Part shown: one piece after another, positions 49,755 to 60,482 of the stretch
Layout: each line of letters starts with the position of its first letter
How positions within the stretch are numbered: position 1 is the stretch's first letter
Program-made: the position numbers and the translations under genes
Origin: an uncultured Acidobacteriota bacterium
Lineage (GTDB): Bacteria; Acidobacteriota; Thermoanaerobaculia; UBA5066
NCBI GenBank assembly: GCA_963779415.1
Contig: CAVZYA010000001.1
Span: 1,824,001-1,888,000, forward strand
Length of the DNA: 64,000 nt
Direction of reading: 5' to 3'
Notes under the pieces: model-generated
Databases searched by the model: none
What the model was told of the DNA's origin: nothing
The model's input: the letters and a program-made list of their open reading frames with translations, nothing else

Positions 49755-51440
49755 TCACTCTCGCTCGGTCCTGCGACCGAAGGAAAGACGCGCCTTGACC
49801 CGGGAGGCCAACGCGCCGCGCAGCCTTTGCAAGGGCGATCTGGCCGGCTCGCGCAGCACCACCTCGACAATCGAGACGCCGCCCTCCCGGATCACTCGAG
49901 AGAGCGTCTCTTCGACGTCCCCTGCCAGCCTCACATAACGGGCCCCGACCGACTCCGCAAAACGGCGGAAGTCCGGATTCCGGAGTTCCGTCCCGTGAAG
50001 GTGCCCGTACGTGCCGAGCTGTTGCCCACTGATGGCGCTGTAGAGCCCGTCATTGAAGACGATCGCGGTGAGCGGTATCTCCTCGCGCACCGCCGTGAGC
50101 AGCTCGAGCCCTGAAATGGCGAAGCCGCCGTCTCCGAGGAGGGCGACCACGGTCCGGTCTGCGCGGGCGAGCCGCGCTCCGATGGCCGCCGGCAACGCGA
50201 AGCCCATTGCCTGAAGATTCGTCGGAAGGATGAGACCCCGGGGCCGGAGGACGCGAAAGTGGCGTCGCCCCAACATCTGGTGCCGGCCGGAATCGAGGAC
50301 CAGGCAGGATTCCGCGGGCATCGCACGGCGCAGGGCGGCGAAGAAGCCCTCGATCGACGCCGGCCGCCCTCCTCGAATCGTCGGCTCCGTACCACGTGGC
50401 GCCGCCTCCGTGACGCGCCGTCTCCATTGGCCGACCTCCTCCTCCGTGAAGCCCGAACCGATGGACGTCTCTGAAGACAAACGGCGGTTCAGGAGCGCCC
50501 TGATCACGGACGGGACGTCGGCGGCGAGGGTCGACGACGCGTCGTAATTCGCTCCGAGGACCGCTTCGGACGCGTCGACGTGGATCAGCCGATCCGGCGC
50601 GAGCCGAAGGCGGAAACCGTGCGCTCCGTTGTGAGAAAACTTGCAGCCCAGAGCCAGGACCAGATTCGCGCTATCGAGGAGTTCGTTCAGCAGGGGGACG
50701 CTTCCGCGATCGAAGCACAACACCCACGGGTTGTCCTCTGGTACGACACCGCGTCCCGACGTCGTCGTCACGAGCGGTGCCTTCAGGGTCTCCATGAGCT
50801 GGAGCAGCTCCGCCGCCGCGCCGTTCGCTCCCTGTCCGACGTAGAGCACGATGCGCCGCGCCCCGCACACCCGAAGTGCGATTTCGTCGACCGACGGCGC
50901 TTCTTGATGCGGACGCTCCGAGGGAGCGGGCGGCGACACCGTGCCTTCGTCCGAAAGAGTTCCGGGCGAGACCTGAACGACCACCGGTCCCGGCTCCCCG
51001 GCCCGGGAAACGGCATAGGCCTCTTCGAGCGTGGCTTCGACGCCCTCGGCGGTCCTGAGGTCGAAGACACGTTTCACCAGCGGCGCCACCACCGCCCGCT
51101 GGTCGAGTGCCTGGAGCTGGAACCGCCGGCCCGGGCCATCGGCCGGCCCCCCGACGATGTGCAGGACCGGGGCCGAATCCAGGAGAGCTTCGGCGAGCCC
51201 CGTCAGGGAATAGGTGAACCCCGGTCCCGGTATCGTCAGGAGCACGCCCGGGCGGCCCGAGGCACGCGCGTAGCCATTTGCCATGAAGGAGGCGGCCAGC
51301 TCGTGCGTTGCGACGATGGTTCGCAGACGCGATTTTCGAAGCGCCTCGAAGAGAGCGACGTTCTGCGTGCCGGGAAGACCGAAGACGGTCTCCACGCCGA
51401 GAGTCTCGAGGGCTCGACAAAGACGCTCGGCGCCGCTCAC
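49755..51440 (-). CDS. Thiamine-diphosphate-dependent enzyme, acetolactate-synthase-like
   Basis: GV..VFGLPG, HE..A.FMA.GYAR.SG.PG, GPG, G.PGPV, MGF.LP.AIGA, GDGGF…ND TPP-binding motif, PDF...A. Confidence 0.9.
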   Translation of the reverse strand: MSGAERLCRALETLGVETVFGLPGTQNVALFEALRKSRLRTIVATHELAASFMANGYARASGRPGVLLTIPGPGFTYSLTGLAEALLDSAPVLHIVGGPADGPGRRFQLQALDQRAVVAPLVKRVFDLRTAEGVEATLEEAYAVSRAGEPGPVVVQVSPGTLSDEGTVSPPAPSERPHQEAPSVDEIALRVCGARRIVLYVGQGANGAAAELLQLMETLKAPLVTTTSGRGVVPEDNPWVLCFDRGSVPLLNELLDSANLVLALGCKFSHNGAHGFRLRLAPDRLIHVDASEAVLGANYDASSTLAADVPSVIRALLNRRLSSETSIGSGFTEEEVGQWRRRVTEAAPRGTEPTIRGGRPASIEGFFAALRRAMPAESCLVLDSGRHQMLGRRHFRVLRPRGLILPTNLQAMGFALPAAIGARLARADRTVVALLGDGGFAISGLELLTAVREEIPLTAIVFNDGLYSAISGQQLGTYGHLHGTELRNPDFRRFAESVGARYVRLAGDVEETLSRVIREGGVSIVEVVLREPARSPLQRLRGALASRVKARLSFGRRTERE

Positions 51441-51450
51441 GGTCGACCCA

Positions 51451-52514
51451 TCAGGAATCCGAAGGGCGCCGACGGAGGCGGTCCGCCGACGCCGCGAGCT
51501 TCTTCCGAAGGAACTTCGTCATCTCGCGGCTTCTCCGAGCCCAGCGAAAACGCGCCGACTCGGGGCTTTCCAGAAGAAGGCACAGGTGAAGGTCGCCTCC
51601 GAGCTGAGCCTTGAAGTGGGTCACGGGGTTGAGGGGGGCGTCCGTAAGGTCGTTCGCGGTGACTCCCTGCTCCGAGAGGCGCTTGAAGACATTCCACCGG
51701 AGAAAGGCCGTGGCTCCGAGATTGAGATACTGCCCGTCCGCGGCGGCGCACACCGTGTCCGACATGGTATTCGCGCCGACGAGAACCAGCTGGGTCGACA
51801 CCGACGGTCCCTGAGGCAGCCGGGCGTGGAACAGGCGGGCGAGGCCCCGGGATCTCAGGCGTCCGAAGAAACGCTCGAACGCCGCCCGGGGAAGGTAGAG
51901 GCGGACGCCCTTCCGCTCGTGAATCTGGGAGTGGAGGCGAAAGAAGCTGTCGAAGTCGTCATCCTCCGTCACGGAAAGGCCTTCGCGACCCGCCCGCTCC
52001 ACGAGCCGCCTGAGGTTCTGCTCCACGCGCGCCCAGAGCAGGTCCAGGTCCGAAAGTGGGACGGCATAGCTGTACTGAAGGCTTGCCGTCCAGCCTCTCG
52101 CGAGAAGAACCCGGACGTCGGTGATGGAGCTCCGGCATCGCAGCGCGATGTGGCCGTAGCCCCGGGCGGCGAGACCACTCGCCAGCGCCTCGAGGATTTC
52201 GTTCTGCCGCGAGGTCCGTTGGGAGGGGTAGCGGGTCTCGAAAGGCCGCAGGAGGATCCCGTTGTAGTAGAGAAGGAGCCGCGGCGAGACGTACGTTCCC
52301 AGACGCGACGTCCGCTCGTAGACGGCGACCCCACCGAGGATCTCGTCGCCCTTTTCGACGGCCAGAATGCGATAGCTCCCCCCGCCGCCTCGCAGAGGGC
52401 TTCGAGGTACTCGGGGGTGCTGTAGACGGCGCCCTGCGCCGACCGGGAGACCAGCTGGTTCCACGCCGGATAGTCGGCCTCCGCGAGGAACCGACTGGCG
52501 AGCCCTGCTCTCAA
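51451..52514 (-). CDS. GNAT-fold protein (FemAB/Acetyltransf_6-like), frameshift in a G-run at ~52380
   Basis: W..LV..S.QG.VY.TPEYL N-terminus (ORF 51969-52514); then Y.G, LRR....A...G, F..L, L.W, FK.Q.GG C-terminal Fem-like motif. Confidence 0.8.
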
Positions 52515-53725
52515 CCGTCGAGCCTCTGCCGGCTCTGCTTCCTGATCCAGGAGCAGAAGCTGACGATCCCGGGCACGGGATCTTTCCAGGTGAAGTACGG
52601 CTCATACGCTCCGATCCAGGATCGAATCAGGGACCAGCCGCTCACGGCCTGCTTCCTCCACTCGGCGAGCCCGCTCTGCAGATCGAGCCGCGGGTAGACA
52701 CAACGTCGTCCGAGCCGATATTCCCGGACAGGCTCGACCTCGCCGCCGAGAGCGTCACGGTAGGCCATCTCGCAGACGTCGATGCCGCAGCGGGCGGCGA
52801 AGTCCACGTACCACCACGGCCGGGCATTCACCTCCAGGATCTTGTACAGACCGTCCCGATCGTCGAGCTTGAACTCCGCGCTGAAGACACCGTGATACCC
52901 GATTTCGCTCAGGAGCCGCGTGATCGTCTCCACCGCTCCGGCCACTTCGCCCAGCGGAATGGTCACGCAAAGGGTGCTGTTGCCAAACAATTCCGGGAAC
53001 ATCCGGACTCGCCGGCGCGCGAGGAGGCCGCAGATCCGTCCGCGCCGGTCCACGAAGCCTTCGACGAAGACGTGACGCGTCGGAGGACCGGGGATGAACT
53101 CCTGAAGCATCACCGTCAGACCGTTCGCGGAGGCATCCTGGAGCAGCCGGAGTGCGTCTGCGCGATCCGTGAAGCGGAGCGCTTTTGCCCCGTAGAATTT
53201 GGCAAAGGCCGTCGACTGGTTCGGTTTCACGAAGTAGTCCTGCAGCCGATCGGCCGGAACCTCTTCGAGCGCCGCCGCGTCACGGAGGACGACTGTCCTG
53301 GGATGAGGGAGGCCCAATCTCGTGAGCGTTTCGGCGAAGACGGCCTTGTCCACCAGCTGCCTGAGAGTCCCGGGAGGAGCCACGCTGCTCGGAAAGCGGG
53401 TCGCAAGCTCCGGCTTCAGCCGGCTGACCGCCATGGCCCACGCGTCCGAGCAGGGCAGGAGGACCATTCGGCTGATGGTCAGCGACTCGAGCCGCGAACC
53501 GAGGTTCTCTTCGGAGAACTCGTCCGGGCCTTCCTCGGGCAAGGTCCGATACCAGCGCGAGCGGGTGATCTCGCCGACGCGAGCGCCTGTCACGTACAGG
53601 GGCACGCCGCGTCTTCCGAGGCAGCGCACGGCCCCGAGTACCGTGAGGCCGCGCCCGAGGATCAAGACCGGCACCGCATGGCGCCGGTTCGCGCCGTCAG
53701 GCTCCCCGGCCGTCGAAGAGCTCAT
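52511..53725 (-). CDS. ATP-grasp carboxylate-amine ligase (D-aspartate-ligase-like)
   Basis: LG.VR.LGR.GV, SRW, LLP.SD, DK..F.....GLP.P.T, VKP, QEFIPG, EFK.D.RDG.YKILEVNAR.W, D..P. Confidence 0.85.
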   Translation of the reverse strand: MSSSTAGEPDGANRRHAVPVLILGRGLTVLGAVRCLGRRGVPLYVTGARVGEITRSRWYRTLPEEGPDEFSEENLGSRLESLTISRMVLLPCSDAWAMAVSRLKPELATRFPSSVAPPGTLRQLVDKAVFAETLTRLGLPHPRTVVLRDAAALEEVPADRLQDYFVKPNQSTAFAKFYGAKALRFTDRADALRLLQDASANGLTVMLQEFIPGPPTRHVFVEGFVDRRGRICGLLARRRVRMFPELFGNSTLCVTIPLGEVAGAVETITRLLSEIGYHGVFSAEFKLDDRDGLYKILEVNARPWWYVDFAARCGIDVCEMAYRDALGGEVEPVREYRLGRRCVYPRLDLQSGLAEWRKQAVSGWSLIRSWIGAYEPYFTWKDPVPGIVSFCSWIRKQSRQRLDG

Positions 53726-53743
53726 CCCGCTTCCCGTCGCGGC

Positions 53744-53832
53744 AGTCTACACACTCCGACGACGAACCGTCGGCTGCCCCGTCGCGCCCGGTGCGCCACG
53801 AGCCGCTGTCGCCGTCTTCCCGATGGTATGAT
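53744..53832. promoter_or_regulatory. Divergent promoter pair: TAGACT (-) for the ATP-grasp operon and TGgTATGAT (+) for wzc
   Basis: Near-consensus -10 hexamers at ~53744-53749 (minus) and 53827-53832 (plus, with extended TG) in otherwise GC-rich intergenic DNA. Confidence 0.55.
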
Positions 53833-53919
53833 TTCCGGGGTTATATCCGGCGTCCCGGCTGAAGTGTGCGGAAGGCGTGTCCTCCCGGCTCCATGAAGCC
53901 GTCCGCCGCAGGGAGACTA

Positions 53920-56217
53920 GTGCCGATGCCGAGTCTGGAGCTCGAAGAAGAGACGCTGAATCGCCCGTCCGAGCCCGAGGTACATCTCGCGGACCTGTGG
54001 CGTGTCGTGGTCCAGCACCGCGGGCTGGTCATCGGGTCCGTCGTCCTTTGTCTCGCCACGGCGTGGGTGGTCGCCTTCCTGACGAGGCCGATGTTCCGCG
54101 CTTCGACGCTCCTTGCCCTCGAACAGGAACGCGATAATCCCCTGGACATCGCCGCGAGCGTGGCGCGTCAGCGCGGCCCGGACGCCATCTCGGTCGAGAC
54201 CGAGTCGCGGCTCATGAAGAGCCGCGATGTGCTCGAGCGCGTCGTGAGGAAGCTGAGCCTCGCCGAGTCGGCTCCCAAGCAGGAGACGACGAGCGCCAAT
54301 GGCACGCCGGCCGCCACCGCGCCGGCTTCCGACATCGATCCCGTCGCGGAGGCCGCCCTGGGCCTGCAAGAGAGCGTCGACATTCGGCCCGTACGAGGCA
54401 CGGAGCTCATCGAGATCCTGGTCACGGCGCATTCCGCCCGGAAAGCCGCCGACCTCGCCAATGCGGTGGCCGACGCCTACGTCTCCTGGAAGCTCGAGTC
54501 GAGGTTCCGGCTGCTGGGCCAGGCCTCCGAGTTCCTCACGAGCCAGATCGAAGATGCCAAGTCGGCTCTCGCGCAGAAGGAGGAGCGTCTCCTCGCCTTC
54601 GGCCGGCGGAAAGACATCCTGAGCACCGACCTCCAGAGCGGATCAGCGGCCGCGAAGGTCGATGCCCTCGCGCGCGACCTCGCCGCGGCTACGGCCGACC
54701 GGATCTCGAAAGAGGCCCGCGAAGCGGAGCTTCGAAACGCACGTCCCGAAACGCTCGCCGACTCGATTTCGGGCGGCCTCGTCCCGCAGCTTCGGGCCGA
54801 TCAGGCCCGCCTCGAGCGCGAATACCAGGCCAAGCTCGACGTCTACAAGCCCGACTGGCCCGCCATGCGGCAGCTCAAGGCCCAGATCGAGAAGGACCGC
54901 CAGAATCTCGACCTCGCCATCCAGGAAGCCGTCCGAAAGGCACGCGAATCCGCGCATTCCGACGTCCTCGTCGCGCAGCGCCGCGAGGACATTCTCCGGA
55001 GCGCCCTGCAGACCCAGCGCTCCCAGGCGATGGCAGGCAACGCCGACGCCGTCGAGTACAGCAACCTGAAGGTGGAGACCGACACCCAGCGGGCGCTCGT
55101 CGACAACCTTCTGAAGCGGCAGGCGGAGATCCAGGTCCTGACCCGCGTCGAGGGCGAACGCGTCTCGAACGTCCGGATCGTGGAGCGGGCCCTTCCGCCC
55201 GGCTCGCGCTTCCGCCCCTCCTATCGTCTCAACAGCCTCGTCGGGCTGGCCTGCGGCCTGTTGCTCGGCGTGGGGCTCGCCTTCATGGCCGACTACATGG
55301 ATCGGAGCCTGCGGACTCCGGAGCATGTGAGCCGGTACCTGAAGCTCCCGGTTCTCGGAATCATCCCGGCCGCCGACGGGGTTACGGAAGGGGTCTACGC
55401 ATCCCCCTCGCCTGCCGACGCCTCTGCTACCCGCAAGAAGTCCAGGCCGAACGCTCTTCGTGTGAAGGCCGTGAAGGCACAGAAGACCCCCCTCGAGCTT
55501 CTTCCTCACACGCTTCCCCGCTCCACGGTGGCCGAGGCCTACCGCGCCCTCCGGACGTCCCTTCTCCTCTCCACGGCCGACCGTCCCCGCTCCGTCGTCG
55601 TCACGTCGGCCATCCCTCTCGAAGGGAAGACGACGACGGCGACGAACCTCGCCGTCGTCCTTTCGCAGCTCGGAAAGAAGGTTCTCCTCGTCGATGCGGA
55701 CCTCCACCGGTCACGCCTCCACGAGATCTTCCAGGTCTCGAACGTCGTCGGCCTGGTCACCGTGCTCACCGGACTGAGCGACACCGGAACGGCCGTCCAC
55801 GGGACCGAGATACCGGGCCTGTTCGTTCTCCCGGCCGGTCCGAATCCGCCGAACCCGTCGGGGCTCCTCTCCTCAGACAGAATGCTCGAGTTCCTCAACA
55901 GCGCATTGGCCGAGTACGACTTCGTCGTTCTCGACACCCCGCCGGCTCTCGTGCTCGCCGACGCCGTCCTCGTCGGGCATCTGAGCGACGGCATCATCCT
56001 GACCGTTCGGGCCGGCAGCACGCCGCGCGAACAGGTCGTCCGGGCCCGGGACGAACTCCGCCGGGGAAATGGCCGGATCCTCGGGGTCGTTCTCAACGCG
56101 CTGAAGGACGAAAGTGGCGACATCACGTACCGCGAGCGGTACGGCGCCCGCTACTACCAGGGTACGGCGAGTCCAGCCGAGACCGCCGAGACGCCGTCCG
56201 CCGTCAAGACGACTTAG
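53920..56217 (+). CDS. wzc: Polysaccharide co-polymerase / BY tyrosine autokinase (Wzc/GumC)
   Basis: Wzz-like N-terminal TM, coiled-coil periplasmic region, second TM, AEAYR.LRT, Walker [23 protein letters not shown]-terminal Tyr cluster [10 protein letters not shown]; start 53893-53926. Confidence 0.94.
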   Translation: MPMPSLELEEETLNRPSEPEVHLADLWRVVVQHRGLVIGSVVLCLATAWVVAFLTRPMFRASTLLALEQERDNPLDIAASVARQRGPDAISVETESRLMKSRDVLERVVRKLSLAESAPKQETTSANGTPAATAPASDIDPVAEAALGLQESVDIRPVRGTELIEILVTAHSARKAADLANAVADAYVSWKLESRFRLLGQASEFLTSQIEDAKSALAQKEERLLAFGRRKDILSTDLQSGSAAAKVDALARDLAAATADRISKEAREAELRNARPETLADSISGGLVPQLRADQARLEREYQAKLDVYKPDWPAMRQLKAQIEKDRQNLDLAIQEAVRKARESAHSDVLVAQRREDILRSALQTQRSQAMAGNADAVEYSNLKVETDTQRALVDNLLKRQAEIQVLTRVEGERVSNVRIVERALPPGSRFRPSYRLNSLVGLACGLLLGVGLAFMADYMDRSLRTPEHVSRYLKLPVLGIIPAADGVTEGVYASPSPADASATRKKSRPNALRVKAVKAQKTPLELLPHTLPRSTVAEAYRALRTSLLLSTADRPRSVVVTSAIPLEGKTTTATNLAVVLSQLGKKVLLVDADLHRSRLHEIFQVSNVVGLVTVLTGLSDTGTAVHGTEIPGLFVLPAGPNPPNPSGLLSSDRMLEFLNSALAEYDFVVLDTPPALVLADAVLVGHLSDGIILTVRAGSTPREQVVRARDELRRGNGRILGVVLNALKDESGDITYRERYGARYYQGTASPAETAETPSAVKTT

Positions 56218-56233
56218 AGCGAGCGGGAGCCAG

Positions 56234-57298
56234 ATGCGACTCCTCGTCACCGGCCATCTCGGCTACATCGGCACGGTGCTCGTGCCGATGCTCCGGGCCG
56301 AGGGGCACGACGTCGTCGGCCTCGACAGCGCCCTTTTCGAGCGGTGCACCTTCGGCGATCCGCCGCAGACGGTGCCGGAGATCCGGAAGGACATCCGGGA
56401 CGTCCGGCTCCCTGACGTCCAGGGCTTCGACGCGGTGATCCATCTCGCGGCCCTCTCGAACGACCCTCTGGGAAACCTCGACCCCGACCTGACCTACGAC
56501 ATCAACCACAAGGCTTCGGTTCGTCTGGCCGAGCTGTGCAAGCAGGCGAAGGTCGCCCGCTTCCTCTTCTCCTCCTCTTGCAGCCTTTACGGAGCGGCGG
56601 GCGAGAGTCCCGTGGACGAGCATGCCCCCTTCAACCCCGTCACGCCCTACGGCCACTCCAAAGTGCTCGTCGAGCGGGATGTCGCCCGACTGGCCGACTC
56701 GAGCTTCAGCCCGGTCTTTCTCCGAAACGCGACGGCCTACGGTGTCTCGCCGCGACACCGGTTCGACATCGTGCTGAACAACCTGGTCGCGTGGGCCTTT
56801 ACGACGGGCCGCGTCCACATCAAGAGCGACGGCACGCCCTGGCGCCCCATCGTGCACGTCGAGGACATCTCACGGGCGTTCCTCGCGGCGCTCACGGCCC
56901 CCCGCGACGTCATTCACAACGAAGCCTTCAACGTCGGGCAGGACGGCGAGAACCACCAGGTCCGTGACCTCGCCGAGCTGGTCCACCAGGTCGTGCCGGG
57001 GTGCACGATCGAGTACGCCGCGGACGCCGGACCGGACAAGCGAAGCTACCGCGTCGACTTCGGAAAGATCTCGAGGCTCCTCCCCGCGTTCAAGCCCGAA
57101 TGGAATGCCCGGCGGGGCGCCGTCCAGCTCTATGAAGCGTATCGCCGAACAGGGGTCCGGCTCGACGAGTTCGAAGGCCCGCGATACCGCCGGATCGACC
57201 ATATCCAGGAACTCATCCGCTCCGGCGTTCTCGGCCGCGACCTTCGAAGAACGAGCCCCATCGCCGCCCCCGCTGCGGAGCCCGGCCGGAGCGAATGA
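56234..57298 (+). CDS. NAD-dependent sugar epimerase/dehydratase (extended SDR)
   Basis: [55 protein letters not shown]. Confidence 0.9.
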   Translation: MRLLVTGHLGYIGTVLVPMLRAEGHDVVGLDSALFERCTFGDPPQTVPEIRKDIRDVRLPDVQGFDAVIHLAALSNDPLGNLDPDLTYDINHKASVRLAELCKQAKVARFLFSSSCSLYGAAGESPVDEHAPFNPVTPYGHSKVLVERDVARLADSSFSPVFLRNATAYGVSPRHRFDIVLNNLVAWAFTTGRVHIKSDGTPWRPIVHVEDISRAFLAALTAPRDVIHNEAFNVGQDGENHQVRDLAELVHQVVPGCTIEYAADAGPDKRSYRVDFGKISRLLPAFKPEWNARRGAVQLYEAYRRTGVRLDEFEGPRYRRIDHIQELIRSGVLGRDLRRTSPIAAPAAEPGRSE

Positions 57299-58558
57299 CC
57301 TCGGACACCGGCACGGGACCCGGGCCTCGAACGCTCTGCCGGTTCTGCCGGGCGCCGCTCACCCGGACCTTCGCCGACCTCGGGATGTCTCCCCTGTGCG
57401 AAAGCTACGTGACCGCCGATCGGCTCGACGAGATGGAGCCTTTCTTCCCGCTTCACGTCTGGGTCTGCTCGCGATGCTTCCTGGTCCAGCTGGGGGAGTA
57501 CGTCTCCCCCGCGGAGATCTTTTCGGAATACGCCTACTTCTCCTCCTACTCGGAGTCGTGGGTGCGGCACGCGAAGGCCTATGCCGATCGGATGGCGCAG
57601 CGGCTCGGTCTCGGCGCCGGCAGCCGGGTCGTCGAAGTCGCCAGCAACGACGGGTACCTCCTGCAGCACTTCGCGGCGAGCGGGATTCCCGTCCTCGGAA
57701 TCGAGCCGGCGACGAACGTGGCGGCGCGCGCGATCGAACGGGGGATTCCCACGATCGAGCGATTCTTCGGACCGGAGCTGGCGCGGGAGCTGGCGTCCGA
57801 CGGGAGGCAGGCCGACCTCATCGTCGGGAACAACGTCCTCGCCCACGTTCCCGATCTGAACGGCTTCGTGGACGGCCTCCGCATCCTCCTGAAGCCTTCC
57901 GGCACGATCACGATGGAGTTCCCGCATCTCTGGCGGCTGATGGACGAGAACCAGTTCGACACGATCTACCACGAGCACTTTTCGTATCTTCTCGCTTCTC
58001 GTCGCCGAGAAGGTCTTCGCCGCGCACGACATGACGGTCTTCGACGTGGAGGAACTGTCGACCCACGGAGGCTCGCTTCGCGTCTACGCCCGGCACCGGG
58101 CGGACTCCTCGCGACCCGTGACGGCGGCCGTCGAGACCCTCAGGAGCCGGGAGAGGAGCGCGGGCTTCGAGAACCTCGAGCACTATGACGGCTTCATGCC
58201 GAGGGTGGCCGAGACGAAGCGGCGCCTCCTCGGCTTCCTCATCGAGGCGAAGGAGCGTGGAATGTCGGTCGCGGCCTACGGTGCCCCCGGCAAGGGGAAC
58301 ACCCTTCTGAACTATTGCGGGATCCGGACGGATTTCCTCGAATATGCGGTCGACAGGAACCCCTACAAGCAGGGCAAGTTCCTGCCGGGAACCCACATTC
58401 CAATCTTTCCCGTGGAGAAGCTCGACGAGACGCGGCCGGACTACGTGCTCATCCTTCCATGGAACCTGAAGGACGAGATCGTGAAACAGATGACCCGGGT
58501 GCGAGGCTGGGGAGGCCGCTTCGTCGTCCCGATCCCCCGGGTGGAGATCATCGAATGA
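57295..58558 (+). CDS. NDP-hexose C-methyltransferase (NovU/TylCIII-like), frameshift at ~57988
   Basis: Zn-binding CRFC...[35 protein letters not shown] (restored by removing one base), [37 protein letters not shown]. Confidence 0.92.
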
Positions 58559-59113
58559 ACTTTCATCCTCTCGAGGTCTCCGGGGCCTTCCTGATCGAAC
58601 CGCAGCCGATCCCCGACGAGCGGGGTTTCTTTGCGAGGCTCTGGTGTCAGAAGGATTTCGAGGACCGCGGACTCGATCGGGCGCATCGTCCAGTGCAGCC
58701 AGTCCTTCAACGCGAGAAAGGGAACCCTGAGGGGCCTTCACTACCAGCTCCCGCCGCATGCCGAGGCGAAGGTCGTCCGGTGCCTGAAGGGAGCGATCTA
58801 CGACGTCGTCCTCGACCTGCGGCCCGAGTCCCCGACCTTCAGGAAATTCGCGGCGATCACCCTCACGTCGGAGAATCGGTCGATGGCGTACGTGCCAAAA
58901 GGGTGTGCGCACGGGTTCCAGACACTCGAGGACGAAACCGAGGTCCTTTACCTGATTTCGGAGCTCTACCGGCCTGACCATGCCCGCGGCGTTCGGTGGG
59001 ACGATCCGGCGTTCCAGATTCCATGGCCGCCGGGGGAGAAGATCCTGAACGATCGGGATCGAAGCTATCCCGACTACCGCCCCCTGGAAGGCGGAACGTC
59101 CGATGGGCGCTGA
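58555..59113 (+). CDS. rfbC: NDP-4-keto-6-deoxyhexose 3,5-epimerase (RmlC/RfbC family), frameshift at ~58680
   Basis: DERGFFAR, GTLRGLHYQ, E.K.VRC..G.I.DV..DLR..SPT, P.G.AHGFQTL, G.RWDDP...I.WP, D. Confidence 0.9.
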
Positions 59114-60413
59114 ACCTCGTCCGAGCCCCGTTCCGGCGAGCCTCGGCGCCGAGATGCACGAGCTGATTTCGGAGCTGTACCCGATCTGCCGCAGCATCAC
59201 GGGCGCCGGATTCCGCGAGACGCTCCGGCGTATCGACCGGCTCGTGCCGCTGAAGATGCACGAGGTGCCGACCGGAACGAAAGTATTCGATTGGACCGTG
59301 CCGAGGGAGTGGAACATCCGTGACGCGTACGTCAAGGACGGCGCGGGTCGCCGCGTCATCGATTTCCGGACGTCCAACCTCCACGTCGTCAACTACAGCG
59401 TTCCGATCCGCGCCACGCTGACCCGCGCCGAGCTGGAGGAGCACCTCTTCTCCATACCCGAGCATCCGGACTGGATTCCGTACCGCACGACCTACTACGA
59501 GGAATCGTGGGGCTTCTGCCTGAGCCACAACCAGCTTCTCGAGATGAAGGACGAGAGCTACGAGGTTTTCATCGATTCCTCGCTCGAGAAGGGCCACCTG
59601 ACCTGGGGCGAGACCTTCCTTGAAGGCGCGACCGACGAGGAGGTCCTGATCACGTGCCACGCCTGTCATCCGTCCCTGTGCAACGACAATCTGTCCGGCG
59701 TGGCGGTGGCCGCATATCTGGCCCGAGCCCTGGAGGGGACCCCTCACCGCTTCTCCTACCGGTTCCTGTTCATTCCGGGGACGATCGGATCGATCACGTG
59801 GCTCGCCCTCAACGAAGACAAGGTCCACCGGATACGGCACGGCCTCGTTCTGGCGCTTCTGGGCGACGCAGGCCCGTTCACGTACAAGCGGTCCCGGCGC
59901 GGCGATGCCGAGATCGACCGTGTCGCCGCTTACGTCCTGGGAACCCTGCCGGGCGGGCACCGCGTCCGCGACTTCACCCCCTGGGGCTACGACGAGCGAC
60001 AGTTCTGCTCGCCCGGCTTCAACCTCCCCGTCGGCAGCCTCATGAGGACGCCGAATGGAGAGTTTCCCGAATATCACACCTCTGCGGACAACCTCGACTT
60101 CGTGACGCCCGTCCGCCTCGCGGAGTCGTACGCGCTCTGCCTTTCCATCATCGACGTTCTCGAGAATAACGTGCGATACACGAGCCGGAACCCGAAGTGC
60201 GAGCCCCAGCTGGGGCGCCGCGGCCTCTATCGTCCGATGGGGGGTGACGCGATGTCGCCGGAGTCCGGGATGGCCCTCCTGTGGGTCCTCAACCAGTCGG
60301 ACGGAAGCCGCACCCTTCTCGACATCGCGGAGCGCTCCCGGCTTCCCTTCGACGCGATTCGATCGGCCGCGGACGCTCTCCGGGAGAACGGCCTTCTCGA
60401 GACGTGCCAGTGA
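59103..60413 (+). CDS. DUF4910-family protein (M28 aminopeptidase-like fold with C-terminal winged helix)
   Basis: LYPICRSITG.G.R.TL, FDWTVP.EWN, LHVVNYS, IPYRT.YY...WGFC, H.CHPSL.NDNLSG, DERQ.CSPG, EYHTSADNL, P.CEPQLG.RGLY. Confidence 0.9.
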   Translation: MGAEPRPSPVPASLGAEMHELISELYPICRSITGAGFRETLRRIDRLVPLKMHEVPTGTKVFDWTVPREWNIRDAYVKDGAGRRVIDFRTSNLHVVNYSVPIRATLTRAELEEHLFSIPEHPDWIPYRTTYYEESWGFCLSHNQLLEMKDESYEVFIDSSLEKGHLTWGETFLEGATDEEVLITCHACHPSLCNDNLSGVAVAAYLARALEGTPHRFSYRFLFIPGTIGSITWLALNEDKVHRIRHGLVLALLGDAGPFTYKRSRRGDAEIDRVAAYVLGTLPGGHRVRDFTPWGYDERQFCSPGFNLPVGSLMRTPNGEFPEYHTSADNLDFVTPVRLAESYALCLSIIDVLENNVRYTSRNPKCEPQLGRRGLYRPMGGDAMSPESGMALLWVLNQSDGSRTLLDIAERSRLPFDAIRSAADALRENGLLETCQ

Positions 60414-60482
60414 CCTCGACGCCCGTGACGTTCATTACGCCGGGGTTTTGCGCGATACTTCCCTGGGTCACGACGTGAGGAT

